The notes under the pieces were generated by a model. That model did no database searches and had not been told where the DNA came from. It saw only the letters and a program-made list of their open reading frames with translations. The position numbers and the translations under genes were made by a program. DNA of 63,591 nucleotides, the filler included, from Reticulomyxa filosa (lineage: Eukaryota; Protista; Foraminifera): NCBI GenBank assembly GCA_000512085.1. It is 21 parts of 21 records of this genome, joined end to end, with 100 filler letters (N's around TTAATTAATTAA, not from the genome) between each part and the next. Parts side by side here need not be neighbours in the genome. Positions count along the whole stretch, not along the records: positions 23,037 to 26,799 come from ASPP01009308.1; positions 26,900 to 28,404 come from ASPP01036903.1; positions 28,505 to 32,102 come from ASPP01023400.1; positions 32,203 to 33,999 come from ASPP01027729.1; positions 34,100 to 39,893 come from ASPP01004459.1; 16 more parts are not named here. One strand, 5' to 3'. Below, piece by piece: positions 25,682 to 37,714 of the stretch. Each line of letters begins with the position of its first letter. The stretch's first letter is position 1.

Positions 25682-26680
25682 TTATTCGTTGTCGGTATTT
25701 TTGTCCCAATCTGGTCTGTGATATTTGGCTTTTCCAATGTCACGAGGGCCAGCTTTCTTTTCAGCCTTGGTTGTCCCATCTTTTCGTTTAGCTACACGTT
25801 CTTCCAAAAAGTCGCCATTGCCATTTCTCAAACCATAATCGGCGCCTTGATAGGCGGTTTTGCCATAGTCACGAGGTCCTATTAAAGAAAAGAAAAAAAA
25901 AAAAAAAAAATCACACCCACGTATGCACCACGAACAAACAACAACAACAACAACAAAGACCAAAGCGAAGATTTTTGCTATGAGACTTGACCCACCTAAT
26001 TTCTTTCGCGGACAGCAGGTTCTTTTTTGCTGTCATCATGTGGACTATCAGCAGGCTTTTGTTTGTCCCAATCAGGTCTGTGGTATTTATTTTTCCCAAC
26101 ATCTCTCGGGCCGAGTTTTCTTTCAATGCCAGGTTCTTCATTTGTGGGCGAGGTGCTCTTGCTTTTGCGTTTCAAAGGCTTTTCTTCCAAAAAGCCACTA
26201 TTGTCGCGTGCAATGTTATATTTGGCCCCTTTCCAAGTCTTTGGTTTTTGATAATCTCTCGGACCTTCTTTTCGTTGGACAGTTTCCCCAGTTTCATCGC
26301 TACTTGCTAGCTTTTTTGAATAAGAGCGCTCCTCAAATAAACCACCCGAGGGGTTGTTATCAAGCTTATAATTTGCACCTTTCCAACCATGCGCGGTGCC
26401 GATATCCCGAGGCCCCAACTTCTTTTCCGTCTTATTGCCATCGTCACCTGTTCCTTTGTTTCTCTTTGGAGCAAATCTCTCCTCCAAAAAGTTGTTATTG
26501 TTATCAATGGCCACGCCATATTCATCATCTCCGCCACGCCAGCCTTGGACTCGTCCAATGTCGCGAGGTCCCAACTTTTTCACTCGTCGATCGTTTTCGA
26601 CCCTCGCTACTTTCAGGCGTTCACCAAACAGTACCGATACAATGTCTCCAAACAAAAGAGCATTGTTTCGTCCTTTCTTT
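25682..26680 (-). CDS. Uncharacterised hydrophilic protein with six GPRD(I/V/Y) repeats (5' truncated)
   Basis: ORFs 25996-26739 and 25682-25963 are joined by a phase-1 intron at 25879-25995 inside a G|GPRD codon. This needs one extra A at ~26002 (ERKLG). Confidence 0.7.
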
Positions 26681-26899
26681 TTTCCCCCCCGCAAAAAAAA
26701 TTGCGCCCCAATAAAAATAAAAATAAAAACAAAAAACAAAACAACAAAACAAAAAAAAACAACCCCTCTATCAATCGGCTCAAATTGATTCCAAAAAAAN
26801 NNNNNNNNNNNNNNNNNNNNNNNNNNNNNNNNNNNNNNNNNNNTTAATTAATTAANNNNNNNNNNNNNNNNNNNNNNNNNNNNNNNNNNNNNNNNNNNN

Positions 26900-28400
26900 T
26901 GCACTCGTTGTCCAATGCTGTGTTTGCTTTCTTCCCTTTCATCGTCGCTGTGGCCTGTCGCTATGGCTTCCACTTTTGAAATCGCTTGAATGGTGGCAAT
27001 TGGGCTTCGTTTGACGAAAATCAAATTATTCTCAATTGATACATGTCTTTTAACTTCAAGCAAATATTGCACAATAAAAACAAAATCTGAAAGTATCGAC
27101 ATTGGTTGTACGCGACATCATGAGCACCAGGAATCCATGCGCCTATAAAGAAAAGACAAAATATCATTACACATAATAAAAAATTGTCTCTAAAAAAACA
27201 AATCTAGTTCAATACCAATAACTTTGCCCTCGGAAAAAGGAGGATAACCAATGTATTTGATAACACCTATTGTCTCCATTGACGAAGATTGTGTGTGTGA
27301 TCGTTGGGATTGAATAGTTTTAATTGGAGGATCGTATTTGAGATTTTCGGATCGTAATGGCGATTGCGGAGGGCGTTATCGTTATTGTCGTCAGTTTGCT
27401 TTCCTACATCAAAACCAAATCCAATAACAATCAAGTACTTATTATTTTTTTTTCTAAAAACAAATAAATAAATCATACAACTGTTCCTATATCAGGAGCG
27501 CACTAGAATGCAATAAGACGAAATTAAAACAAACAATAATAAATACACAAATAAATTGAAACTAACTCTGAAATAAGTCTTTCCTGCAAAGTTCCGTCGA
27601 TTGTGTTAGGATGCCAACTATCCCTTTATGCAATGATTCTTTGTTGCCAAGCGTTTTTCATACTTTCCTCTCATATTATGTTTGCCACATAACGTCAACG
27701 AGCAAGTATCCAATGTATTGAAACGTACACAAATATGATAACAAGGTAAGACGAGTCCCAACACTTCTTTATCACAACTAAAATCAACCACACCAATCCA
27801 ATTCAACTTTGATGTTTTTGCTTCTTGTGTTGATCATATCACCGTCACCATCGGCAACTCCCACAACATTGACTTTTCCGTCATGAGCCCCCTGTGTACA
27901 TTGAGAAACTCCAAAACGACCACTTCTTCACCTTTGCTAAATTTCAATGAATTTGACTGTCGCTTAATTTTGCCACGAGCTCAGTCCCAAGCAGCGAAGC
28001 CCACGCTCAAAGTTTTGTATCCATCTTGGTAATGTGAACGGGCAAAGAGTTCTTCAAATGCAATTCTTTGCAGAGGGCTGCCACTCGTCCAACTCAATGC
28101 CAATGACAATTTAATCTTTGGAGAAATCGATTTTTTTCTAAAAAGCGAACGGTTCCAATCGCACCGTTTCTTGTTCGGACATGGTCTCCGATTAAAAGTA
28201 TTGATCGTTGGTGGCAGCATCTGATGGCATTTTCCGGTTAAATAATGGAGTCATATTTTCTTCTTTCGCTCACAAATGTCTCTTTTCTTTCTTTTGTTAT
28301 TGTTACAGTTTCACCTTCATCGTCGTTTTTTTTGTACGTATTCTGATCTTTACCACTAGACCGTTGAATTTCGTCATGCTTTGCAAATAGCCATCCTTTT
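26900..28400 (-). pseudogene. Probable decayed gene with an SH3-like segment
   Basis: GFAAWD*ARG..NSLKFSKGEEVVVLE followed by WIGVV..GLVLPCYH resembles SH3 (ALYDY..LSFKKGE..W.G..G.FP). It has an in-frame TGA and broken frames. Confidence 0.35.
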
Positions 28401-29382
28401 TTATNNNNNNNNNNNNNNNNNNNNNNNNNNNNNNNNNNNNNNNNNNNNTTAATTAATTAANNNNNNNNNNNNNNNNNNNNNNNNNNNNNNNNNNNNNNNN
28501 NNNNGTAGAAAATCGATCATCTATATAATGTGACATTTTAGGTTTCAATTTTACTTTGTATTTTACTGTAATAACAAAAGCAATTTCATCCTTTCGTCGT
28601 TATCGGGAGTCAGTGAACGTAACAAGGACTTGTTTAAGTCAATGTTGCAACTCAGCTCGCCCGCTCCTCCAATCATGTCCCCTCCTTCCACCACAACAAT
28701 AACAACAAAGGTCCTTGTTCCAAAGCACTCCAACCAAATCAAAGGGCCTTCTGCTTTGTCGGCAATGCAATTGTGCTTTGATCAGTTGAGTCAAATATAT
28801 AAATCGAGTTTCTAAAATCATATCTCATATGTTTATGCTTCTTTCATTCGTTTCGTAAATTATGGAAAATGAGATCCTGTCACGAGCCTTGGAAAAAGGC
28901 TGTTACTTACTGAAATTGAAAGAAATGATTGTTAATTGAATTGATCGATATCGACCTACAAAAGAGCAATAGAGAAACAATGATACTGATTTGAATCGGT
29001 TTTGTGTTGATGTTTTTGCTTTCAAATGTGTGATTCTTTGTACTTCAGCAACCATGTGTTAATTTCTTGCCATATCCATCCAATAGACAATTTCTTCTTT
29101 ATTGCTAATTGGCTATTGATTCAGTGATAATCATTGATTACATTTCCAGGTCAAATCGATTTTTTAAAGAAAATTTTAAATAACTAAAAGTTTAGAAGTT
29201 AATCTTATTTTAAATGCAATTGAAGCAAAACAAAAAAAAATTTACAAAAAAACTTTTGATTTTTGACATATGATTTACGATATTAGCTAAGTGGCTTAGT
29301 AGTCCCTGAAATTTTGGCGTTTAAAAAAGTTTTGGGGGGCGTATTTGTTGCACAATATTGATCAGCCAGGATATATCATCAA

Positions 29383-30379
29383 ATGGATTTAGAAATGAAT
29401 TCAAATGAAGTGCTTTTGACAAGTGACAGTGATTCGGTAAATACTATTGCATCTCCAGAATTCAATCTGTTGTTTGAAACGAACGACGGTGACAAAGAGG
29501 TAACAGAAGCCGGAGAGCAAAGGAAGAAGCACAGCAACAAAAAAAACGGAAACGAAGAACCAGTAACGGAGACAAAACAACAAAGCGAATTGCCAAAGAA
29601 AGGGAAAATGTCAAAAACTGAAAACGAAGAAGTAAATGAAGCGCCAAAGGATGTAATGGAACCATCAAACGCCTCAATGACAGTACGATACTTTGACAGC
29701 AGAAAAGAACTGAAAAAAAAAAAAGGAGAGTGATGTAATGTCAATAAATCAAATGACCTTTAAGTGTTACAATTGCGGACAAACTGGACATATCGCTAGA
29801 AATTGTAACAGAGAGGCATTAGTAATATGTTACAATTGTGGAGACGCTGGACATAATGGAAGCTGTTGTCCAAACAATCCTTGTCCAGTGTGTTTCCAAT
29901 TGGGACATAAAGGTTATGAATGCACCCAACAAAAAGACACCACCAAAACTGGGATGGTCTGTGTACGTTGTGGACAGCATTCACATAATGTCACACAATG
30001 CTGTGAAGACTTAAACCGAAACTATCGACGCATTTATTCCATGCAATGTTATTGCTGTGGTCGATATGGCCATGCCAACTGCAAAAACGAGAACACTAAA
30101 AAAATTAAAGTGCGGATGTGTAGCAACTGTGGACAAACTGACAGCCATTGTGCATACACCTGTACTTCTTACCCTATTTCTCATGAGGTTGTCGCCATGG
30201 GTCTACAGACTTCTCCCAATGACCCTGAATTGTGTTGTCATTGTTTGTACCCTGATCATGTCCCCACAAAATGTCCTCTCATGCAACGACACACAAATAA
30301 CCCCAAAAAGTTCAAATTTCATCAAACACAAAATCCCCCCAAAAAATTCAAGCAGCAATCCAAAATTTATCAACAGTGA
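29383..30379 (+). CDS. CCHC zinc-knuckle protein, Air1/Air2/ZCCHC7-like; one apparent frameshift in an A12 run
   Basis: An acidic N-terminus ends in RYF and is followed by 6-7 CX2CX4HX4C knuckles, including the CxxCxxxGHxGxCCPxxxCxxCxxxGH pair. Removing one A at 29713-29724 fuses the two ORFs (KKKKESDVMSINQ). Confidence 0.75.
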
Positions 30380-31055
30380 ATACAATTACAAACACACATC
30401 ACATATCTTTCCACTCACAATATCCACAGTTGTCATGAAATGTATTATCAACACTAACCATAACACGCTTCTTTTTGCAGCTTCCCATGTTCGGCAAATA
30501 CACACATACACACAAGTTTGGGAATTGAGAGTGCTTAAGTTTTATAAGTTATTCTTGAGATCTGTCAAGCAATTTTTAGCTACTCAAGTTCAAAAAATTA
30601 ATCCACCAATTTTAATTTTTGCATCAATTCTTAAAGTATCATCCAAAATTTCACACTGTCCATGCTAAAAGAGGGTCAGATGTTCTATTACATTTTAGCT
30701 TTTTAAAGATCACAATCACTTGTTCGTTTTTGTTTTATGAAAACCAATACTGTTTGACTATCGCGTTGTCAATTTTTTAAAAAAAGGTGCAAGTTACCAA
30801 ATAGTATTACATGTGTGCTCAATTTTTTTTTGTTATGCAGTTTGACAGAAGTGTCAATGATGACGATTTTGAGACAAAGTCAATATTAATTAGAAAAAAG
30901 ATTCTTAAATAAAAGGAATAATCCTAAACACGATTACAACAAAAAAAATATAACAATGATCAATTACGACCATTAAATTGGATGAAAGAGATATCATATC
31001 TATCAGTTTCATTGCAATTTCGGTTTTTTTGAACTTGGTTTAACCGAGTCTTTTT

Positions 31056-32040
31056 CTAAAGTGTGTAGGTCACTTGAGCCCATTTCTCCGAGTTTTCGTT
31101 TTTGCCTCTTTTTGTTTGTATTTTTTGTTGCTGTTTTTTTTTCTTGCCGAAAGAAAAAGAAAGAAGGTTACAAAACTCGAATTTGTGAATCTGAAGCGGA
31201 AGCAGGAGTTGGAACAGTCGGTTTTGACAGAAGAAACAGAAAAGGTTTGACAGTTTTGGTGACATTATTTGATCCTTGGAGGCAGCCATCCGTTGAGACT
31301 TCCGTTTTCCATTTGCTGATTTTGGCCTTGATATTGTCACATCCGTGATCAGACAAAAACGATTGCTGATTGTTCAAATTGAAGCGATTTAAAAAAAGGG
31401 AAAAATTGCTATTGGTTTTCCCTTGATTGGAGTCATCACCACCATTACGTTGTAGTGATGAGGCGCTCGTACTGCTCTCCGTGTTCAACATGGCAGTGGT
31501 GTTATTGCGTTGAAGTGAGACCCTTACAAAGTATTTTTTAATATTATATATATGTATATATATGCATATATGTATTATACACATTATATATAATGTATAC
31601 GTATGTATTGTAAAGTTAAACTTTTTATTTCGAATTTGATGCAAAATTTGTTGGCTCTGCTCGTCACTTTGCAATGAGATAATGCTAGTGCTCTTGTTCG
31701 TGTCATTTGGGCTTGAGCATTGTTTCGGTGTTGTTCAATAATGGCTGTCTTTTGTCTTAATATTCGATCCATTTTTTTGCGATTGGTTTTGTTTCCTTTA
31801 TCTTTGTAGATTCGTGTGTGTGTATAAGTTTTTGAAGCGATATGAAGGAGGAAATATAGAAATAAAAGGCTTTTTTTTTTTGTTCACCATTGTCATCGGA
31901 ATCGGTGGCATCGTCATTTGGATTGTTGTGTTTTTTCCACCAAATATACAATCGGTAGCGAATTTCATCAACAGGCAAGAACTCGCCATTTTCGTCATCT
32001 TTATTATTGTTATTGGTTTAGACTATCATATATTTAATCC
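31056..32040 (-). pseudogene. Unidentified coding-like region with frameshifts and an intron-like TA-rich spacer
   Basis: Overlapping ORFs 31757-31978, 31584-31772 and 31168-31674 need frame changes to connect. An intron-like block lies at ~31525-31620. Confidence 0.35.
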
Positions 32041-32679
32041 ATTTGTGTGTTAATTCCAAAGATTGTAACAGAGAAGAAGAAGAAGAAGAAGAAGAAGAAG
32101 AANNNNNNNNNNNNNNNNNNNNNNNNNNNNNNNNNNNNNNNNNNNNTTAATTAATTAANNNNNNNNNNNNNNNNNNNNNNNNNNNNNNNNNNNNNNNNNN
32201 NNTTTTTTTATCGTTTTGTGTTTAAAATATTACCGACACGCTGAATTATTTGAGATAGTTGCGGTAGACATATCATCATTTAGTTTATTGCCTTTGTTGG
32301 AAGTTGCAAACACTGGCTAAAGAAAACAGTCACAATTTTCGCAAACGTATAGTTTTAAAAATAATTCTCTAGTTGCGTTTTATAAAGTACTTAACGCAAC
32401 TTCCCAAATTGGTTTTGTTGCTGTTTATTTTCGTTTCGCCCCTTATAACATTAACAGCAGGACAATTCTTTCATAATTAATTTAACAATGGCATAATCTG
32501 AGACAACATCATCTCGTTATCTTTTGCCATTCTTATTATTCAGTGGATTTGTGGTCGGAGCTTGTACAACCTCGTTGTGCGATAAGCACAACGAGAAGAA
32601 AGACGCAAAAAGAAGCGTATGAATAAAGGTCTTAAAAACAAAGATAGCACAAGAATGGAAAAACTGAGCACTGTTATCA

Positions 32680-33437
32680 ATGAAAGATATAGAATTTGTT
32701 TTGGAATGCGCAAGCAAGATGAAGGAGCAAGTGTTCGAATCGCTTCTAACGATTGCACCAAACAAAATACTCGGATATATTGTTTACGAGCCCTTGACAA
32801 GAACATGTAGCTTTTTCCAAGCGGCGATGCAACAAGGCGAGACATTGGACGACAAACTTCGCTGTTGGCCCAATATTGCAACGCAGTATGTAAATGTCAT
32901 CCTACCAAAGGTGCAGCAATACAAGCTGCCATTGCTGCACAAGTTTCAAAGAGGGGAAGAAAAAAAAATGTGCAATTGGAATATGAAAGGACTGTGCATT
33001 CATTGGTTCCTGCTTTGTTCAAATTCAGAAATGTCAAGGTTCACTTAGTGTTCTTGAAATTTTCCCCTTTCCGGATGAACTGAAAAGTAAGTTGATTGAG
33101 GATAAACGTGTCAAGAAACACGAAAAGCTCATTGTCGAATTGGGAGGAAATCACTCAAATAATTCTTCAACTAACTGATATCATGCATGTCACTCGCATC
33201 CAAAAAGAACGCTTTTCTGATTGCAGCATTTATGAAAAGTTTAAAGGCGTATACGTTATTGATAATTCATTGCTGAACAAGTACAAGCCTACCATGATTT
33301 TAATGCACCCTTTGTCACAAGTTGATGAAATCGCTACCGAGTGTGACGATAATCCTAGAACCAAGTAATTCCAACAGATGAAATATGGAATGTACGTGCG
33401 AATGGCTTTCCTGGCTCTTATCTTGGGCAATCACTAA
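32680..33437 (+). pseudogene. Aspartate carbamoyltransferase (ATCase/CAD C-terminal domain) pseudogene fragment
   Basis: YEPLTRTCSFFQAAMQ..GETLDD and DIMHVTRIQKERF..ILMHPLSQVDEIATECDDNPRTK*FQQMKYGMYVRMAFLALILG match ATCase STRT, RxQxER, HPLP and YFxQ..NG..RMALL. There are internal deletions and a stop. Confidence 0.85.
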
Positions 33438-34099
33438 CTATGAGTGGTCAAACACTCCTTGAGTAAAGGATAACACTATGCTTATGATAATATCTTATTC
33501 GTTTTATTATTTTTCATTTATTTTAAGTTTTTAAATTAGTTTATTACATCGAATGAAAAATACTTTCTTTTCTTAATCGCTGAAACTAATTCATTTTTTT
33601 TTATCCTGTCGAAAATAATAAAAGAAAAGTCTGAAAAATGATCAAATAAACAATATTATTCAGTAAGGCACTTGTCCTGGTTAGTTAAAAAAACAAAAAC
33701 TGATTTTGTTGCATTTGCTTTGACAAAACGGTTGCTTGAAGTGTTTAAGAGCACGCCTTCCTTTCTTTTAAAAAAGGGTAAATGTTTAGATTGATGAGTG
33801 AAAATGCTGTTGTCAAACAAACTTCTTGTTTTCTTTCAGAATCAAAATTGGATCATTGGAAATGATCCAATTATTGCAAAGAGACTTGCAATTTACTGTG
33901 TGAAAAAATGACGTATTGTTTCAAGCCTTTACTTAATTTTGGAAAACAAAGATTTTTTTTCTTGTAATTATTCTGAATAATACAAACACACTTCAAAGAN
34001 NNNNNNNNNNNNNNNNNNNNNNNNNNNNNNNNNNNNNNNNNNNTTAATTAATTAANNNNNNNNNNNNNNNNNNNNNNNNNNNNNNNNNNNNNNNNNNNN

Positions 34100-34263
34100 A
34101 CTATTGGCTTACGATTCAACTTTAATTCACTTATTCGCAAATCCTTCAATCGAGACACCAAATACTCGCGCAAACCTGTTATTGCTTTCGATTCTCCACC
34201 TCCTTTTTCAGATCCATGTTCTTCAGCCAACTTTTCGTCTCCTTTCTTTTCTAAATCCGCCAT
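34100..34263 (-). CDS. Short protein N-terminus cut by contig end; possibly a second G-gamma-like protein
   Basis: ATG at 34263 in an A-rich context. Reads MADLEKKGDEKLAEE...VSRLKDLRISELKLNRKPI, divergent from the helicase gene. Confidence 0.4.
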
Positions 34264-34624
34264 GTTTTTTTTCTTTAATTCAGAAAACAATGTATTCCTG
34301 TCAATAATAAAAAACAAAACACAACTTTTTTCACAGAGTTTTTTTCCCTTAAAAAAAGGCCCACACGCCACTTTTCTCTTCATGCGTAGAACTGTTTGTT
34401 ATTGAATCGAATACACTTGCTTGTGCAGATTTTACTCGGTCGTGTACACAGGTATTATACGTTGTATACAAAATAAAAGAGTGGACAGTTTAAATATTGC
34501 ATTGTTGGAAGGAGTATTTTTTGTAGAGTTTTCCAAGATTGAATAAGCATTTTTGAAGTGTTGTCTATGAATTATTGGTAAAGTACGCTTTTCACAAAGC
34601 TTTTTTTTTTGATAAAAAAAAATA

Positions 34625-36828
34625 ATGTCCAATAATACTACAAAAGGAAGACTACCAGTCCGGAACTATAAAGATGAGATATTGCAAGCAATAGAAAAAT
34701 ATCCAGTAGTCTTGATTGTCGGTGCAACTGGTAGTGGGAAGACTACCCAAATTCCGCAGTATTTGTTGCAGTCAAAGAAATATTCGAAGAAAGAGGGGAG
34801 ACAAATTGTATGCACGCAACCGCGCACGGTGGCAGCGACAAGTGTAGCACAGCGTGTATCGGAAGAAGTGGGTTGCGAGCTGGGGACAACAGTAGGATAT
34901 CATGTGCGATTGGACGTGAAGGAGTGTCGCAAACGGAATTGCTGTACATAACGGAAGGATGTTTGTTACGACAAATAATGTCCAGGCAGCACAAGAGCTT
35001 TAAGGGCTTTGGCGTGGTGATTGTAGACGAGGCACACGAGCGTACGGTGAATGCGGACATTTTGATGGGTTTTTTGAAGCAACGTATAAGCAACGAAAGC
35101 AGCGAAGAGAGTTTTAAAAAGAAGCAAGTAACAATAAAAAGCGAATCTCTCCGAGTGGTCATCATGAGTGCAACCATGGACATTGATCGCTTTGCAGTTT
35201 ACTTTGGCAAGCCACCTTTGATCGAGATCCCAGGACAAACACATCCAATCACCCAGTATTTCCTGGCCGAGCCTGTTGCAGATTACGTGCAAACAGCTGT
35301 CGACATTGTATGCAGCATTCATCGCCAGGCACCTCCTGGAGACATACTTGTGTTTTTAACGGGGTCTCAAGAAATTGAAGAATGTGTCGAGAAAATTCGT
35401 GCATTTTCGTCTTCGTGTTCGTCTTCGTCTTCATGTTCATCTCTATCGTCCATATCCAAACTTCAAGTGTTTTCTTTATCTTCACAGATTCAAACAAAAG
35501 ATCGAGATCAAGTCTTTGCCAGACTTCCCAGGGATGTCCGAAAATGCGTGGTGGCGACAAATATTGCCGAGACGTCGCTCACCATCGAAGGCGTGGTATA
35601 TGTAATCGATAGTGGGTTTAGCAAGCAAAAAGTGTATGATGAGATCAAAGGGGTCGAGGCCTTGGGCGTGCGGCCGATATCCAAGACGTCAGTCAAGCAG
35701 CGCATTGGACGGGCTGGGAGGACGTCACCAGGAACGGCGTTTCATTTGTACACTCGACCGGGATATGCAAGTCTGTGCAATGACAATCCGCCCGAAATCA
35801 TGCGGTCGTCGCTGATTAATGAAACCTTGTCGATGCTTGCTTTGGGGATGAGGAATCCATTACAATTCGATTACATCGATCCTCCCGCGGAATTGACGTT
35901 GGCGAGAGCGCTCAACACGCTGTATCATTTGCAGGCCATTGATAAGGATGGAATGATTACCAACGAGGGACTTAACATGGCCCACTTCCCGTTGGATCCG
36001 AGGCTTGGAAAGGCGATCATATCGTCCACGCAATTTGGAGTCACTGATGAAGTAATTAGCATTTGTGCGATGCTAGAAGTATGTGACAGATTGCTGACGC
36101 GCTCGAATGGACAAGAAGAGGAAGAAGAAGAAGAAGAAGATGAAGGAGAAGGAGAAGGAGAAGGAGAAGGAAGAGAAGGAAGAGAAGGAAGAGGAGCCAA
36201 CAAAAAAACAGTGGCGAGGAGGAATAGCTTAAAACAATTCACTCATTGTGATGGCGATCATTTAACCCTATTAAACATCTTTCATGCTTTCATGCTGAAA
36301 CAAGACCATTGCAAAGAATCCGATGTCAAAACATTCTGTTGTGACAATTATTGGAACTACACACAACTGAAACGGGCGACGCAAATAAGGGCTCAGATTG
36401 AACATGTTTTTCTGCAAATCTGTTGCGATGGCCAAGAGATGACAACTCAGCCGTGCAAATTTGAAGACCCAAAATACTATTCGTGCATTCTAAAGTCTTT
36501 GCTGTGTGGTTATTTTTTAAATGTCGCTGTCTGTGGCGTTGGTGATAAGTACTGGACTTTTCGCATCGTTACTTTAAATGAAAAACATAAAACGGTTGAA
36601 TTTTTGGATCAAGCAAAACCTCATCCTTCGTCTGTCTTCCACAAAAGTATTCGAAGAAACTGGGTGTTTTTTGACGAGGTCGTTATTCAACATACCACTT
36701 TTTTAAAAGGGTTAAGTGCAATCGAGCCAAGGTGGCTATTGGAAGTTGCACCACATTATTATTCGATTGAAGCTTTGTCCAAAGACAAATCTCCTGTTGC
36801 CAGTGTTCTTCGTGCACTCAAAAATTGA
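34625..36828 (+). CDS. DEAH-box RNA helicase, Prp43/DHX15-like, intronless, one frameshift near 34925
   Basis: Motifs GATGSGKTTQIPQ, TQPRTVAA, DEAHER, MSAT, TNIAETSLTIEG, QRIGRAGR, FPLDP, GDHLTLLN and WLLEVAPHYY. Adding one base at GAGTGTCGC gives VRLDVKECSQTELLYITEG with canonical spacing. Confidence 0.92.
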
Positions 36829-37714
36829 TTGTTTTGTCGCTTTCGTGTTATTTACTTTCATTAGACCTTTTTTCTTTCGTGTTTTTGCATTGATTTGTTC
36901 TCAGCTTTTCTATTTAATTTTGATTATTGATTAATCAATTTCTTCATCTAATATTTTCTTGTTAATATTCCATCTCGAATTACAAACAATAGTTTTGGTC
37001 AGTCAAACAAGTTTAAATTGTAAATCCTTTCATGATAAATGACCAAAGTTACTTTTTTTTGTAAATGTTGTGTAAGTGATAATCCTTATGCTCTGTAATA
37101 CTTTTTTTCAACAAAATTTTTTTATTTTTTGAATGAATTTAAATGAAATAAATGATTGTCAAAAAAATTATCATGACATTTTGGAATTTTGAACTTTGTG
37201 TTGAATTTAAAAAAAGTTAAGAAAAAAAAAATGTGATATTAAATAAAAATATAAATAATGATATAAATGAAATTGATAAATTAAGTAAATTTTCTTGGTA
37301 TAATATTCGTAAATGGTATGTAGATAGAACTAATAATGAAAATGGATGGAATATTATTAATATTTTGAAAGATCAACTTCATAAAGTATTTAATAAAAGT
37401 TGTTTATTTTGGAAAGATAAAATAGTTATTTAAAAAAAAAATAAAATATATATTATATACATGCAAAAGAACAAATAAATTTATTTATTGCAATGCTAAA
37501 TAAATCCCATAAATCTATTCGAGCTTTAACAATGACACATGCATTTGATCAAATAATAATTTTTCGAACAACTTCATAGTTTAAAATTATATGACAATTC
37601 ACTTTTCAAACTTAAAAATTTTATCAATTACACTTTCTCTAATTCAATGTATACACAAACATAAATTCCTCATTTGTATTAAAAAATTTATTTGATAATA
37701 ATGAAATTACTTTA

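Noticed and set aside
10510-33437. Stop-codon reassignment suggested by the altered eRF1 and in-frame stops
   Set aside because: In-frame stops replace different residues (W, E and S in tubulin, Y in ATCase) and co-occur with frameshifts. Intact genes end normally in TAA or TGA.
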